From assembly GCA_041478555.1 (NCBI GenBank), contig JBGOWI010000002.1, forward strand, positions 14,622 to 78,621: DNA of 64,000 bases, given 5' to 3'. The DNA comes from Phycisphaerae bacterium. GTDB lineage: Bacteria; Planctomycetota; Phycisphaerae; Sedimentisphaerales; UBA12454. Positions 1 through 8,728 of the stretch are shown here, piece after piece; within the stretch, counting starts at the first letter, position 1, and every line of letters begins with the position of its first letter. Made by a program: the position numbers and the translations under genes. A model generated the notes under the pieces. The model worked only from the letters and a program-made list of their open reading frames with translations. It had not been told where the DNA came from and did not search any database.

Positions 1-720
1 ATTGACCGCTATGCTCGAAAGTGGTGGATTAGTCAAATCGCAGACCATATCATCATTATCCACTCCCAGAACCGCTACGTCATAAGGTATGCGCAGGCCT
101 GCGATTTTACAGGCTTCCGTAATATCCTGACCGCGGTCATCATTGCATGCCATTACGGCCAACGGTTTCGGCAGCGATTTTAGCCACTCGGCGAGCAGCG
201 CTTGGTTGTCCGCCCTCGAAGATTTGCGCCGCGACCACAATTGACCGTATTGATAAAAATGTGTTTTGAAGCCTATTTTTTTAAGCCGTTTGGCAAAGCT
301 TTCTCCTCGCTCACGTGACCAGTACATACCCCCAAAACCACAATATGCGAAATTGCGGAATCCTCGGTCAAGGAAATATTCCGCTGCCATTTTGCCGAGG
401 GCGAGGTTATCAGTGATTAGATTTCGAAAATGGGGAAACTGCCGTATTGAATAAGGACTTACTATTGCCGGTATTCCCTCTGGTATGAATTGGCTGCCGT
501 TTCTTGTGTAAGGGATATGCGCGATAATACCGTCGGCTTTCTGGTCACCCAAATCAGGCAGCTTTTTTATCGTTCTCAACTTTCCATTGGTGACCATATA
601 GAACGGCGGCTCCCTGAAAAAAACCCATGGACCATGAAGGCTCGAATATCTTGCTATTCCCTGTATCGTCCTTCTTGAAGCTGCCCCCGAAGTGTCAAAC
701 AACAATATAACTTTCCACAT
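1..720 (-). CDS. XylR-type (AraC-family) sugar-responsive regulator, N-terminal periplasmic-binding-protein-like part; the 3' end lies outside the window
   Basis: Absent from the ORF track because it runs off the window. Manual minus-strand translation from the ATG (complement of 718-720) gives MWKVILLFDTSGAASRRTIQGIARYSSLHGPWVFFREPPFY...LAVMACNDDRGQDITEACKIAGLRIPYDVAVLGVDNDDMVCDL, open to position 1. The pattern matches N-terminal halves of XylR-like regulators. Plus-strand ORFs 266-454 and 490-678 are shadow ORFs. Confidence 0.65.
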   Translation of the reverse strand, partial: MWKVILLFDTSGAASRRTIQGIARYSSLHGPWVFFREPPFYMVTNGKLRTIKKLPDLGDQKADGIIAHIPYTRNGSQFIPEGIPAIVSPYSIRQFPHFRNLITDNLALGKMAAEYFLDRGFRNFAYCGFGGMYWSRERGESFAKRLKKIGFKTHFYQYGQLWSRRKSSRADNQALLAEWLKSLPKPLAVMACNDDRGQDITEACKIAGLRIPYDVAVLGVDNDDMVCDLTNPPLSSIAVN

Positions 721-1125
721 ATCAACTACCTTCCAAAATCTGCCTATATATTGACCTAATTCCAGAAATAACAAATAATTATCGTAACGTCCAATAATAC
801 GCTTCAGAGGTATTTAAAGTCAAGCTTATGTCGTAAAATGGTTAAAAATAAACGCAAAGTGGCGTTCTTTTGCTGATTGCAAAGTGGTACAATTCTAATT
901 GACGGTTACAAGTAAGTTCTTTTCTATTATATGCTGAGGAAGCGGGGTTTGGGTGTGTAGCCCAAAACCTGAGGCTAAAGCATATAGAAGAAATACGGGA
1001 TTTGTAAGGAGGAAAGAAAATAGATGACATGAAAAAGCATTGGGAAAGAGTAAAAAGTGCGGAAAATGAATGTTAAGGATGTAAGTTAAGAATGATGTAA
1101 AATTATTTTTTAGGAGAAGAGAAGA

Positions 1126-1740
1126 ATGAAAAAGTTATTTGTAATGTTAATAGTGTTGGCAGTGGTTGTTCCTGCGCAGATTGTTTTTGCCCCGGACAAT
1201 CTGCTGCAGAATCCTGGTTTCGAGACAGGGGACTTCACGGGCTGGTGGACATGGCTAACCGAGCCGACCGCTCAAAGCATCGGAGTTGTGCCTGTTCCTT
1301 ATGAGGGCGTTTATTCCGCGGAAATATATACTAGTGATGGTAATTCCGCTCAGCTCGGTCAGGATATTCCGTTCTCACCGGGTTTGCCGCTTACCGTGGG
1401 TGTGGTGTATAACGTACCTGCGGGCAGTTGGAATGGGGCAGGCATAACCGTTCAGTATAAGGATGCCAGTTGGACCTATCTCGACTATGCATGGGTGTTT
1501 CTGTTCAACTACACCGGTGGTGGTGGTGGTGGTGGTGGCTGGGTGCCGTTCACTGCCTCCTCAGGGGAGGGGACATGGACTTCTCCGGCAGGGACGGCGT
1601 ATGTTTCGTATAAAATAGAGCAATGGGGCTGGGAACCCAGCGCAAGTTATTATGACAATGCTGTGCTTACCCCAGAGCCGGCAACAATGGTTATGCTCGG
1701 TCTTGGCGGATTAGCTTTGATTCGTCGGAAAAGAGCGTAA
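1126..1740 (+). CDS. Secreted PEP-CTERM-anchored protein with a CBM4/9/22-like N-terminal module
   Basis: Signal peptide MKKLFVMLIVLAVVVPAQIVFA. NLLQNPGFETGDFTGWW is a typical CBM_4_9 start. The C terminus TPEPATMVMLGLGGLALIRRKRA is a PEP-CTERM sorting signal. RBS taggagaag lies upstream. Confidence 0.9.
   Translation: MKKLFVMLIVLAVVVPAQIVFAPDNLLQNPGFETGDFTGWWTWLTEPTAQSIGVVPVPYEGVYSAEIYTSDGNSAQLGQDIPFSPGLPLTVGVVYNVPAGSWNGAGITVQYKDASWTYLDYAWVFLFNYTGGGGGGGGWVPFTASSGEGTWTSPAGTAYVSYKIEQWGWEPSASYYDNAVLTPEPATMVMLGLGGLALIRRKRA
1516..1539 (+). repeat. (GGT)7GGC trinucleotide repeat encoding Gly8 inside the PEP-CTERM protein
   Basis: Read directly: ggtggtggtggtggtggtggtggc. Confidence 0.95.
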
Positions 1741-1759
1741 TAACAACAGAATCGTTGTG

Positions 1760-1795
1760 GGGGCCGCACAAAAAAGCGGCCCCTTGTTTGATTTG
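1760..1795 (+). terminator. Rho-independent terminator
   Basis: GGGGCCGC-acaaaaaa-GCGGCCCC stem-loop followed by ttgtttgattt, 20 nt after the stop at 1740. Confidence 0.7.
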
Positions 1796-1842
1796 ACAAG
1801 TAATTGGTCGTGCATAATATATGTATGCGGCGAGCGCATACA
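1793..1842 (+). promoter_or_regulatory. Sigma70-like promoter plus operator-like palindrome
   Basis: TTGACA (1793-1798), 16-nt spacer, TAATAT (1815-1820). Directly downstream is TGTATGCG-gcgag-CGCATACA (1822-1842), perfect 8-bp inverted arms. Confidence 0.5.
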
Positions 1843-1912
1843 ATTCGATATATATATGTGAGGTATTATGTATAACAAATCGACATTACATACTATCAGG
1901 AGGGCAAATGTT

Positions 1913-4900
1913 ATGTGTAGGAAATCGACATTATTTATAGTTATCTTTTTTGCCTTACAGGTGGTGCTGGTCTGCAATGCCTTCGCTGCAGATGTATGGT
2001 GGAGGGGCAAGGCCGGCACCGACAGCGGTGATTACCGGTGGAGTGCAGTGAATAACTGGTGGGGGGTTCTGGGCCAACCAGCGAGGGCGCCTGGGAGCGG
2101 TGATAATGCTTTTATGGATCAGCAGGAGGGGGGCGGTCCCTTGTACGGTACGGTCAATCCGAACTGTCTGAACGGGCCGGATGATTTAAACGCAGTCACA
2201 TGCACTAACCTTTATGTTGCCGACTGGTCACAAGACCCGTGTTCAGGAGACCGCAGAGTTACACTGGATGTCGATAACCGAACGCTTGACGTAACTGGTG
2301 ACCTGACTATCGGGGCGATGGACACGATTTGGTATTCAACGAAAGCTACCGGCGATGTCAACGTGCTTAATGGCGGCACTGTTAATGTCGGGGGTGATTT
2401 GTGGGTCGGCAGGGAAGGTATCGGCTATCTTAATGTGCGCAATGGTGACGTTGATATTGGAGGAACGCTGCGATGCCCCGGCGGGCCCCTGCCTTATTAT
2501 GGGGACCAGCGATACAGGTATGGCGAGGGCCATATAACGCTGTATAGTGGTGGAACTGTTGAGGCCGATGATATCTACAGTTACAGTGAATCCGGCGACA
2601 TAGGTCAGATGGATATTGCCGGCGGAACACTAATATTGAACGGCGATAGAGTCTCACAGATTGCTGACCTTATAAGTCAAGGCAGGCTTTATGCCTATGG
2701 CGGCGGTGGAAACATACAATGTGACTATGATGTCAGGAATGCCCTTAAGACTACGGTAACAGGGACGCCTGGCGACTCCAACTGTGCCTCGTCTCCCAGC
2801 CCGGGAAATTATGCTACAGGGGTCAGTCTTACCGCTCAACTTAGCTGGAAGAAGGCTGACGCTAACAATGCGGCATCGCACGATGTGTACTTCGGCACAA
2901 GTTTCAGCGATGTAAACAGCGCTAATCATACAACACCTGCCGGAATCTGGAAAGGCAACCAAACGCCGGATAGTAATACCACTTACAATCCCGGCAGTTT
3001 GATACCGAGCCAAACGTACTATTGGAGAATAGATGAGGTTAACAGCACTACATACAAGGGCAATGTGTGGCAATTTACCGTTATGAACCCCTATATTGCC
3101 TCGAATCCTAATCCGCTTAATAATGCGACAGCTATTCTTCCCGAGCGAATGCTTAGCTGGACCAAAGGGACATTAGCCAATAAGCACAAGGTATACCTTG
3201 AGACAAGTTTCAGCGATGCAAATACCGCCAATACGCCGACAGCCACCACGACAGAGCCCAATTATACTCCAGGACTCTCGTTCGACCAGACTTACTACTG
3301 GCGAGTGGATGAGGTTAATGAGGCTAATAATAATACCTGGAAAGGCCTCATCTGGAGGTTTACGACGGTTCCATATAAGACTATCAACAATTTCGATGCC
3401 TATTATCCAACAGGGGGCGGGAGTCATCCTTGGATAACCGACGAGTGGAAAGCTGGTGGCGGCGCTACCGTAGGTATGACGGCAAGTACGCCGGCTAATG
3501 ATGGTAATGCGATGGTGGTTAATTATAATAATACCTCACTCTACTATTCGGAGGTCAATTATGCTCTGCCTACCAGCGCCCAGCTCAACAAGCGAGATTG
3601 GAGTTCAGGCGGTGTTAAAATATTGAGCATTCCCTTCCACGGCGACCCGAACAACATCAACGCTGTTGAGCAGTTGTATGTTACCGTTATAGATGTCAGC
3701 AACAATAGTTTTACAGTGTCGTATTTTGATTCAAATGACATCGCACAGCAGCTGAACGAGACCTGGCACCGGTGGGTTATCGAACTCAAAAGATTCAGCG
3801 ACGGCGGCATAAACCTCACGGATGTCCGGCAGCTCATTATTGGTTTAGGTGACAAGGTATCGCCGGGCAGTAAGGGTACCGTTTATTTTGATAACATCAG
3901 GCTGTATCCATCTATTTGGAGCAATTCTAATAACAATATGGCCATTAGACTCTCCACGGGGACAAACCCCAACGCTGCAGACCTCGACAACGACGGTAGC
4001 GTCGATATGAATGATTTCGCGATATTTGCACGGGGTTGGCGCGACAGCAGCTATGATATCAACGCAACAGCACCACCCAGCTCAGACCCGAATTTTCTGG
4101 TACTCTGGTATATGTTTGATGCGAATGATGCGGCGTCCGTATATAGTGTCTACGATCATTCGGGCCATAATTATACTGGTAGCATAGGCGGTTATAACAT
4201 CTCGAGCCACTGGGATCCTTGCGGTCATGATGCCAATGGGACATATTCGTTTGACTTCAATGCTCCTGACCGTATATACCTTGTAGTTCCAATTGCCGCC
4301 GCTGCCGACGTTAATCTGGGAGGACATTCGACAGTTGCGTTCTGGATAAGAGATTATGGGCAGCCGGAAGGCAAGATGCTCTTCCAGATTGGTCCTTCGA
4401 CCGGGAATAGGGGAAATCTGCAGGTTTGGTCCGGATGGACAGGTGATTATACGTATATCTGCGGCGAGTATCCGGTCACCGGCTACCGAGATGAAGCCTT
4501 CTGGGGTCGGTATGGTTATACCAATCCAGGACACGTTCTGGGTCAGTGGATCCACTATGCGTTCACCAAGGACCATACCACAGGCATAATGAGAATCTAC
4601 CAGGATGGTTATGCAGTGGCTGAGTATAAAGAAGCTGACGCTAATTCCATGCCGGCATTGGTGCAGGACAGTGGTTTCTTCACAATCGGCGCATGGAGAT
4701 ACCCCGATGGCTGGGGTGGCTACTATACAGGCAAGATGGATGACTTCCGCTTATACAACCGGGCTCTTTCGCAGGGAGAGATTATGGCACTTGCCGGCGC
4801 AAGCTCGCTAACGCAACCGGTACTGTCATCGGCCAATTTAGTTGCAGACAATCAAGTGGACTTCAAGGACCTTCAACGTATGGTGGCTTCGTGGCTGAAA

Positions 4901-4921
4901 ATCCCGTTGTTGTGGCCATAA
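1913..4921 (+). CDS. Large secreted surface protein: beta-strand repeats, two tandem ~95-aa modules, CBM-like module, dockerin-like segment and LamG domain
   Basis: The track ORF starts at 1868. The ATG at 1913 has AGGAGGG 8 nt upstream and gives signal peptide MCRKSTLFIVIFFALQVVLVCNAFA. The module ..YFGTSFSDVNSAN..QTYYWRIDEVN.. occurs twice. ADLDNDGSVDMNDFAIFARGW is a dockerin/EF-hand-like repeat. DDFRLYNRALSQGEI is a LamG hallmark. Confidence 0.85.
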   Translation: MCRKSTLFIVIFFALQVVLVCNAFAADVWWRGKAGTDSGDYRWSAVNNWWGVLGQPARAPGSGDNAFMDQQEGGGPLYGTVNPNCLNGPDDLNAVTCTNLYVADWSQDPCSGDRRVTLDVDNRTLDVTGDLTIGAMDTIWYSTKATGDVNVLNGGTVNVGGDLWVGREGIGYLNVRNGDVDIGGTLRCPGGPLPYYGDQRYRYGEGHITLYSGGTVEADDIYSYSESGDIGQMDIAGGTLILNGDRVSQIADLISQGRLYAYGGGGNIQCDYDVRNALKTTVTGTPGDSNCASSPSPGNYATGVSLTAQLSWKKADANNAASHDVYFGTSFSDVNSANHTTPAGIWKGNQTPDSNTTYNPGSLIPSQTYYWRIDEVNSTTYKGNVWQFTVMNPYIASNPNPLNNATAILPERMLSWTKGTLANKHKVYLETSFSDANTANTPTATTTEPNYTPGLSFDQTYYWRVDEVNEANNNTWKGLIWRFTTVPYKTINNFDAYYPTGGGSHPWITDEWKAGGGATVGMTASTPANDGNAMVVNYNNTSLYYSEVNYALPTSAQLNKRDWSSGGVKILSIPFHGDPNNINAVEQLYVTVIDVSNNSFTVSYFDSNDIAQQLNETWHRWVIELKRFSDGGINLTDVRQLIIGLGDKVSPGSKGTVYFDNIRLYPSIWSNSNNNMAIRLSTGTNPNAADLDNDGSVDMNDFAIFARGWRDSSYDINATAPPSSDPNFLVLWYMFDANDAASVYSVYDHSGHNYTGSIGGYNISSHWDPCGHDANGTYSFDFNAPDRIYLVVPIAAAADVNLGGHSTVAFWIRDYGQPEGKMLFQIGPSTGNRGNLQVWSGWTGDYTYICGEYPVTGYRDEAFWGRYGYTNPGHVLGQWIHYAFTKDHTTGIMRIYQDGYAVAEYKEADANSMPALVQDSGFFTIGAWRYPDGWGGYYTGKMDDFRLYNRALSQGEIMALAGASSLTQPVLSSANLVADNQVDFKDLQRMVASWLKIPLLWP

Positions 4922-4942
4922 TGTAATCAGAGAAAAACCGAA

Positions 4943-4973
4943 GGGGCTGGTCGTTAGGAAACCAGCCCCTTTC
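4943..4973 (+). terminator. Rho-independent terminator (weak T tail)
   Basis: GGGGCTGGT-cgttaggaa-ACCAGCCCC followed by tttcagg. Confidence 0.55.
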
Positions 4974-5032
4974 AGGATTAATCGGGTTAACGGCCGAGGG
5001 ACGAGTGGCCGTGTAGAACGGAGGTTCAATTT

Positions 5033-5911
5033 ATGGCAAAGACCATTATGAAAAAGCAAATTGGTTTTACATTAGTTGAGCTTTTGGTGGTAATATCGAT
5101 TATCGCCATCCTGTTAGCTGTTCTGATACCTACACTGCAGAGGGCTCGGGGTCAGGCTAAAAATATAGTGTGCAGGAACAACCTCAAACAATGGGGTATG
5201 ATGTTCTCTATGTATGCAAATGCTAATGATGGACGCTTTTTTCCAGGTTATGGGACTCGCCCAGATGGGTATTCTACAAATTGGTGGGTCGCAGGGGAGA
5301 TGTGGATGGTAAAACTGCGTCCCTACTACGGCGGCGTATCTGGCACGGACAGTACGAAAGTTGTAACCGAAGGCCACAAAAGTGGTGATACCGACAAAAT
5401 ACGCCAGTGTCCGAAGGCCACAAAATTCTTGAGTTCCCTACCTGATTGGTTGGAGACTACCCCATTCACAGACTGGGGAATTTATGGCGAAGGAAGACGT
5501 CCGGTTCCTGGACATGGCGAGAAAGGTCTTTATGGCAGCTACGGTATAAATGACTGGGTTCACAACCCACCTCCAGGTAACCCAAACGGCGATGGAAATT
5601 ACTGGAGGACCATGATAAATGTAAAAACTCCGAGTACTGTACCGGTATTTGGTGATTCCGTGTGGGAAGGAACAGCTGCTCGTGACACAGACCAACCTTC
5701 CGGCACGCCGGGCAAGTCACCCAACCTAAGTGGTATGTGGAATTTCTGTATACCACGGCATGGATTAGCTGTGAATTGGGTTTTTTTTGACCTCACTGCC
5801 CGGAAAGTTCCTATCAAGGAACTGTGGAACCAAAAATGGTCGCCAAATTTTATAACATACCAGAGAATAGCAGAGTGGCCGAACTGGATGAACGATGATT
5901 GGGGCAACTGA
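5033..5911 (+). CDS. Prepilin-type N-terminal cleavage/methylation domain protein, DUF1559 (H-X9-DG-like) family
   Basis: MKKQIG|[22 protein letters not shown] is a class III signal. A C-terminal [13 protein letters not shown] motif (H-X9-D) is present. GGAGG lies 9 nt upstream. Confidence 0.85.
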   Translation: MAKTIMKKQIGFTLVELLVVISIIAILLAVLIPTLQRARGQAKNIVCRNNLKQWGMMFSMYANANDGRFFPGYGTRPDGYSTNWWVAGEMWMVKLRPYYGGVSGTDSTKVVTEGHKSGDTDKIRQCPKATKFLSSLPDWLETTPFTDWGIYGEGRRPVPGHGEKGLYGSYGINDWVHNPPPGNPNGDGNYWRTMINVKTPSTVPVFGDSVWEGTAARDTDQPSGTPGKSPNLSGMWNFCIPRHGLAVNWVFFDLTARKVPIKELWNQKWSPNFITYQRIAEWPNWMNDDWGN

Positions 5912-6148
5912 GAAACTGAGAAAGGTCCGGGCCTCGATGTGGCTCGAAGGCACTATAGCAAGCTGCAAAGTGGCGCCGTTACCTGACGCATTAATAAGTA
6001 AATACTGTCATCCTGGTTTGTATTCAGGTTTGTGACAAATAACATAATAGCGGGTTGCCAAACCTCCTTATCGTGGCTAATGAAATAGACTGGACAACTG
6101 ATTCAGATATGTTTTTTTACAGAGCTGCTTTTTTTGAGTTGATTGCTT

Positions 6149-8728
6149 ATGCGTAAAAAAGGTTTGGCATGTCTGCTTTTTGTCTTGCTGCCGCTTCTGT
6201 GCAGCAGGGGTATATGTCTAAATTATCGCTACGGGCCAGCCGCCGATTTCAGCAACGACAAGGCGGTAAATTTCCAGGACTTCGCAGGATTGGCTGCCGT
6301 CTGGCTGAGCGACGCCAATCAGCCTGACTTCAATGATGTTTATGACCTGTATGACGATAATGCTGTTGATATGGCTGACCTTGGCGTTTTTGCACAGTAT
6401 TGGCTCTGGCAGCCTGCGGCGACTCACAGGGAAAAGATTAATTTCAATATCGGCTGGAAGTTTTACAGAGGCGCCATTTCAGGCGATGAAGCGAATAAAC
6501 CTGACTACAATGACAGTTCCTGGTATTATGTAACAACCCCCCATAATCCGCCACGGGATTCAAATATCCCTCCGGTCCCTGACCCTGCACGTCCCGTCTG
6601 GGGCAGTTACAGTTATGAGGGCGTCAGCTGGTATCGTAAACATTTTACTATAGACAGTTTCTATCAAACGCAGGGACGAAAGATATTCATAGAATTTGAG
6701 GCTGCGAATACCGTTGCAGACGTGTGGATAAATGGCACTAAACTGACAACCCACTATGGCGGTTATCTGCCTTTTACGGTTGACATCACCAACTATGCTA
6801 ATTTTGGCACAACCGAGAATGTTATAGCTGTAAAGGTTAATAACACATACAACGCCGATGTGCCTCCCGGCGAGTCCGGCTGGTTTAATTGGCCGGGTAT
6901 CTACAGAGATGTCTGGATGCATATCACCGATAAGCTGCATGTTACCGATGCGGTTGATGCAAATAAGATTGCAGGCGGCGGCATATTTGTCACGTATCCT
7001 GATGTAAATGTTTCACAGGCCCATGTCCAGATTAAAACAAACGTGAAAAATGAATATGGTGCAGCGAAGAACTGTACGGTAAAAACCTACCTTCTGGACG
7101 CTGACAACCAGATTGTTGATACAAATGCAATGTCAGACACGAACAGTATCGCTTCCGGTGCAAACTGTACTTTCACGCAAACGGCCAAAGTCAGCAACCC
7201 TTGTCTGTGGCACCCTGACCATCCTTATCTTTATACTGTTTCTACAGAGGTATATGACGACAATACTCTTGTCGATACTTATCCGACACGCATAGGTATC
7301 AGAAAAATAAACTTTACTAAGGCCGGCGGCTTTAAAATTAACGGCGAAACACTCAGGTTCATGGGCGCCAACAGAATGCAGGATTATCCATACGTGGGAT
7401 ACGCTATGTCCAATTACGAGCAGCGCCGCGACGCTGTGCAATTGAAAGAAGCAGGATTTCAGTGCATACGTACGGCGCACTATCCTCAGGACCCTGCTTT
7501 TATGGAGGCCTGCGACGAACTTGGCCTTATGGTTATGGATTCAATACCCGGTTTTCAGAATTGGGGCAACTCGACTTTTCAAAGTCGTTCTTATCAGAAT
7601 ATGAGGGATATGATTCGGCGGGACAGAAACCATCCCTGTGTAATTGTATGGGAACTTTCACTGAACGAAACATCTGGCATGACCTCCACTTATGCGAGTC
7701 AGGCAATGAGTATAGGCCATGCTGAGTATCCCGGCGACCAGTGTTTTGTAGCCGGCTGGAAATTTGGCTGGCCGTCAGAATCTGTAATCTATGATATCTT
7801 CATCGCCACGCCGAACGCCAATGCGAGAACCTACAACGGGGTACTGCCGCTTATAATCAGCGAATACGGCGATTATGAATATGGAGGCACAAGTAGTGTA
7901 CATCGTGCTACGTGGCTATCGGGCGGATATAGCGGCGAAGTAGCGATGCTTCAGCAGGCATGGAATCATCAGGAAGGACTGCATTTGAACCGCGGCTTAT
8001 CGAATATGTGCGGAGACGAGTTATGGGTCGGTTTTGATTATGGCCCTTATCCACAAGGAGTAATCGATAAGCTTCGTGTGCCGAAGTTTTCCCATTACTT
8101 TTTCCGGAGTCAGCGCGACCCGAACCTGATTATACCCGGTATTGATTCGGGTCCAATGGTGTATATAGCCAATTACTGGACTTCTACATCGCCGCATGAT
8201 GTAAACGTTTACAGCAATTGTGAGCAGGTGAAATTATATATCAATAACGTACTTCAGGGTACCCGCACCCCTAACACCGGATATCCTAATTCGAATTTGC
8301 TGCATCCGCCATTTTCATTTACAGGCCTGACCTGGGCGGCGGGCGAACTAAAGGCCGAAGGTTATATCGGCGGTAACCTGGTTGCAACACATATTGTCAG
8401 GACGCCCGGTACAGCCAGCTCTATTGTCGTCAGTTTCGATGCGAGTGAACTGGTTGCGGATGGTTCAGACATAATTTTCGCGTATGCCTCTATTGTTGAT
8501 GCTAACGGTACGGTTGTATCGAGCAATAGTAGTTATATTACGTTTAATGTTACTGGTCCGGCTACTTTGGTTAGTCCAAGTGTTATTCGTGCAGAGGCCG
8601 GTATTTCGACTGCTCTGCTACGGTCGTCAACTCGGCCTGGACAGATTACCGTGACTGCCACAGCAACCGGTTTGAGCAGCGGTACTGCCAATATAAACAG
8701 CATTATGGGTGAAAGGGTTCAGGATTGA
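6149..8728 (+). CDS. Secreted GH2 glycoside hydrolase (beta-galactosidase-like) with an N-terminal dockerin-like module
   Basis: The track ORF starts at TTG 6143; ATG 6149 gives MRKKGLACLLFVLLPLLC. DFSNDKAVNFQDFAGLAAVWL..DDNAVDMADLGVFAQYWLW are two dockerin-like repeats. GH2 motifs: GVSWYRKHF, HYGGYLPFTVDIT, IRTAHYPQDP, NHPCVIVWELSLNE. Confidence 0.85.
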   Translation: MRKKGLACLLFVLLPLLCSRGICLNYRYGPAADFSNDKAVNFQDFAGLAAVWLSDANQPDFNDVYDLYDDNAVDMADLGVFAQYWLWQPAATHREKINFNIGWKFYRGAISGDEANKPDYNDSSWYYVTTPHNPPRDSNIPPVPDPARPVWGSYSYEGVSWYRKHFTIDSFYQTQGRKIFIEFEAANTVADVWINGTKLTTHYGGYLPFTVDITNYANFGTTENVIAVKVNNTYNADVPPGESGWFNWPGIYRDVWMHITDKLHVTDAVDANKIAGGGIFVTYPDVNVSQAHVQIKTNVKNEYGAAKNCTVKTYLLDADNQIVDTNAMSDTNSIASGANCTFTQTAKVSNPCLWHPDHPYLYTVSTEVYDDNTLVDTYPTRIGIRKINFTKAGGFKINGETLRFMGANRMQDYPYVGYAMSNYEQRRDAVQLKEAGFQCIRTAHYPQDPAFMEACDELGLMVMDSIPGFQNWGNSTFQSRSYQNMRDMIRRDRNHPCVIVWELSLNETSGMTSTYASQAMSIGHAEYPGDQCFVAGWKFGWPSESVIYDIFIATPNANARTYNGVLPLIISEYGDYEYGGTSSVHRATWLSGGYSGEVAMLQQAWNHQEGLHLNRGLSNMCGDELWVGFDYGPYPQGVIDKLRVPKFSHYFFRSQRDPNLIIPGIDSGPMVYIANYWTSTSPHDVNVYSNCEQVKLYINNVLQGTRTPNTGYPNSNLLHPPFSFTGLTWAAGELKAEGYIGGNLVATHIVRTPGTASSIVVSFDASELVADGSDIIFAYASIVDANGTVVSSNSSYITFNVTGPATLVSPSVIRAEAGISTALLRSSTRPGQITVTATATGLSSGTANINSIMGERVQD

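Noticed and set aside
1516-1539. (GGT)7 repeat as a phase-variation on/off switch
   Set aside because: The unit length is 3 nt, so slippage keeps the frame. Only linker-length variation is possible.
5033-5911. DUF1559 prepilin-type protein as the pseudopilin partner of the secretin
   Set aside because: It lies 13 kb away, on the other strand and outside the island. This family is highly expanded in Planctomycetes-like genomes and usually scattered. No ATPase or platform genes are anywhere in the window.
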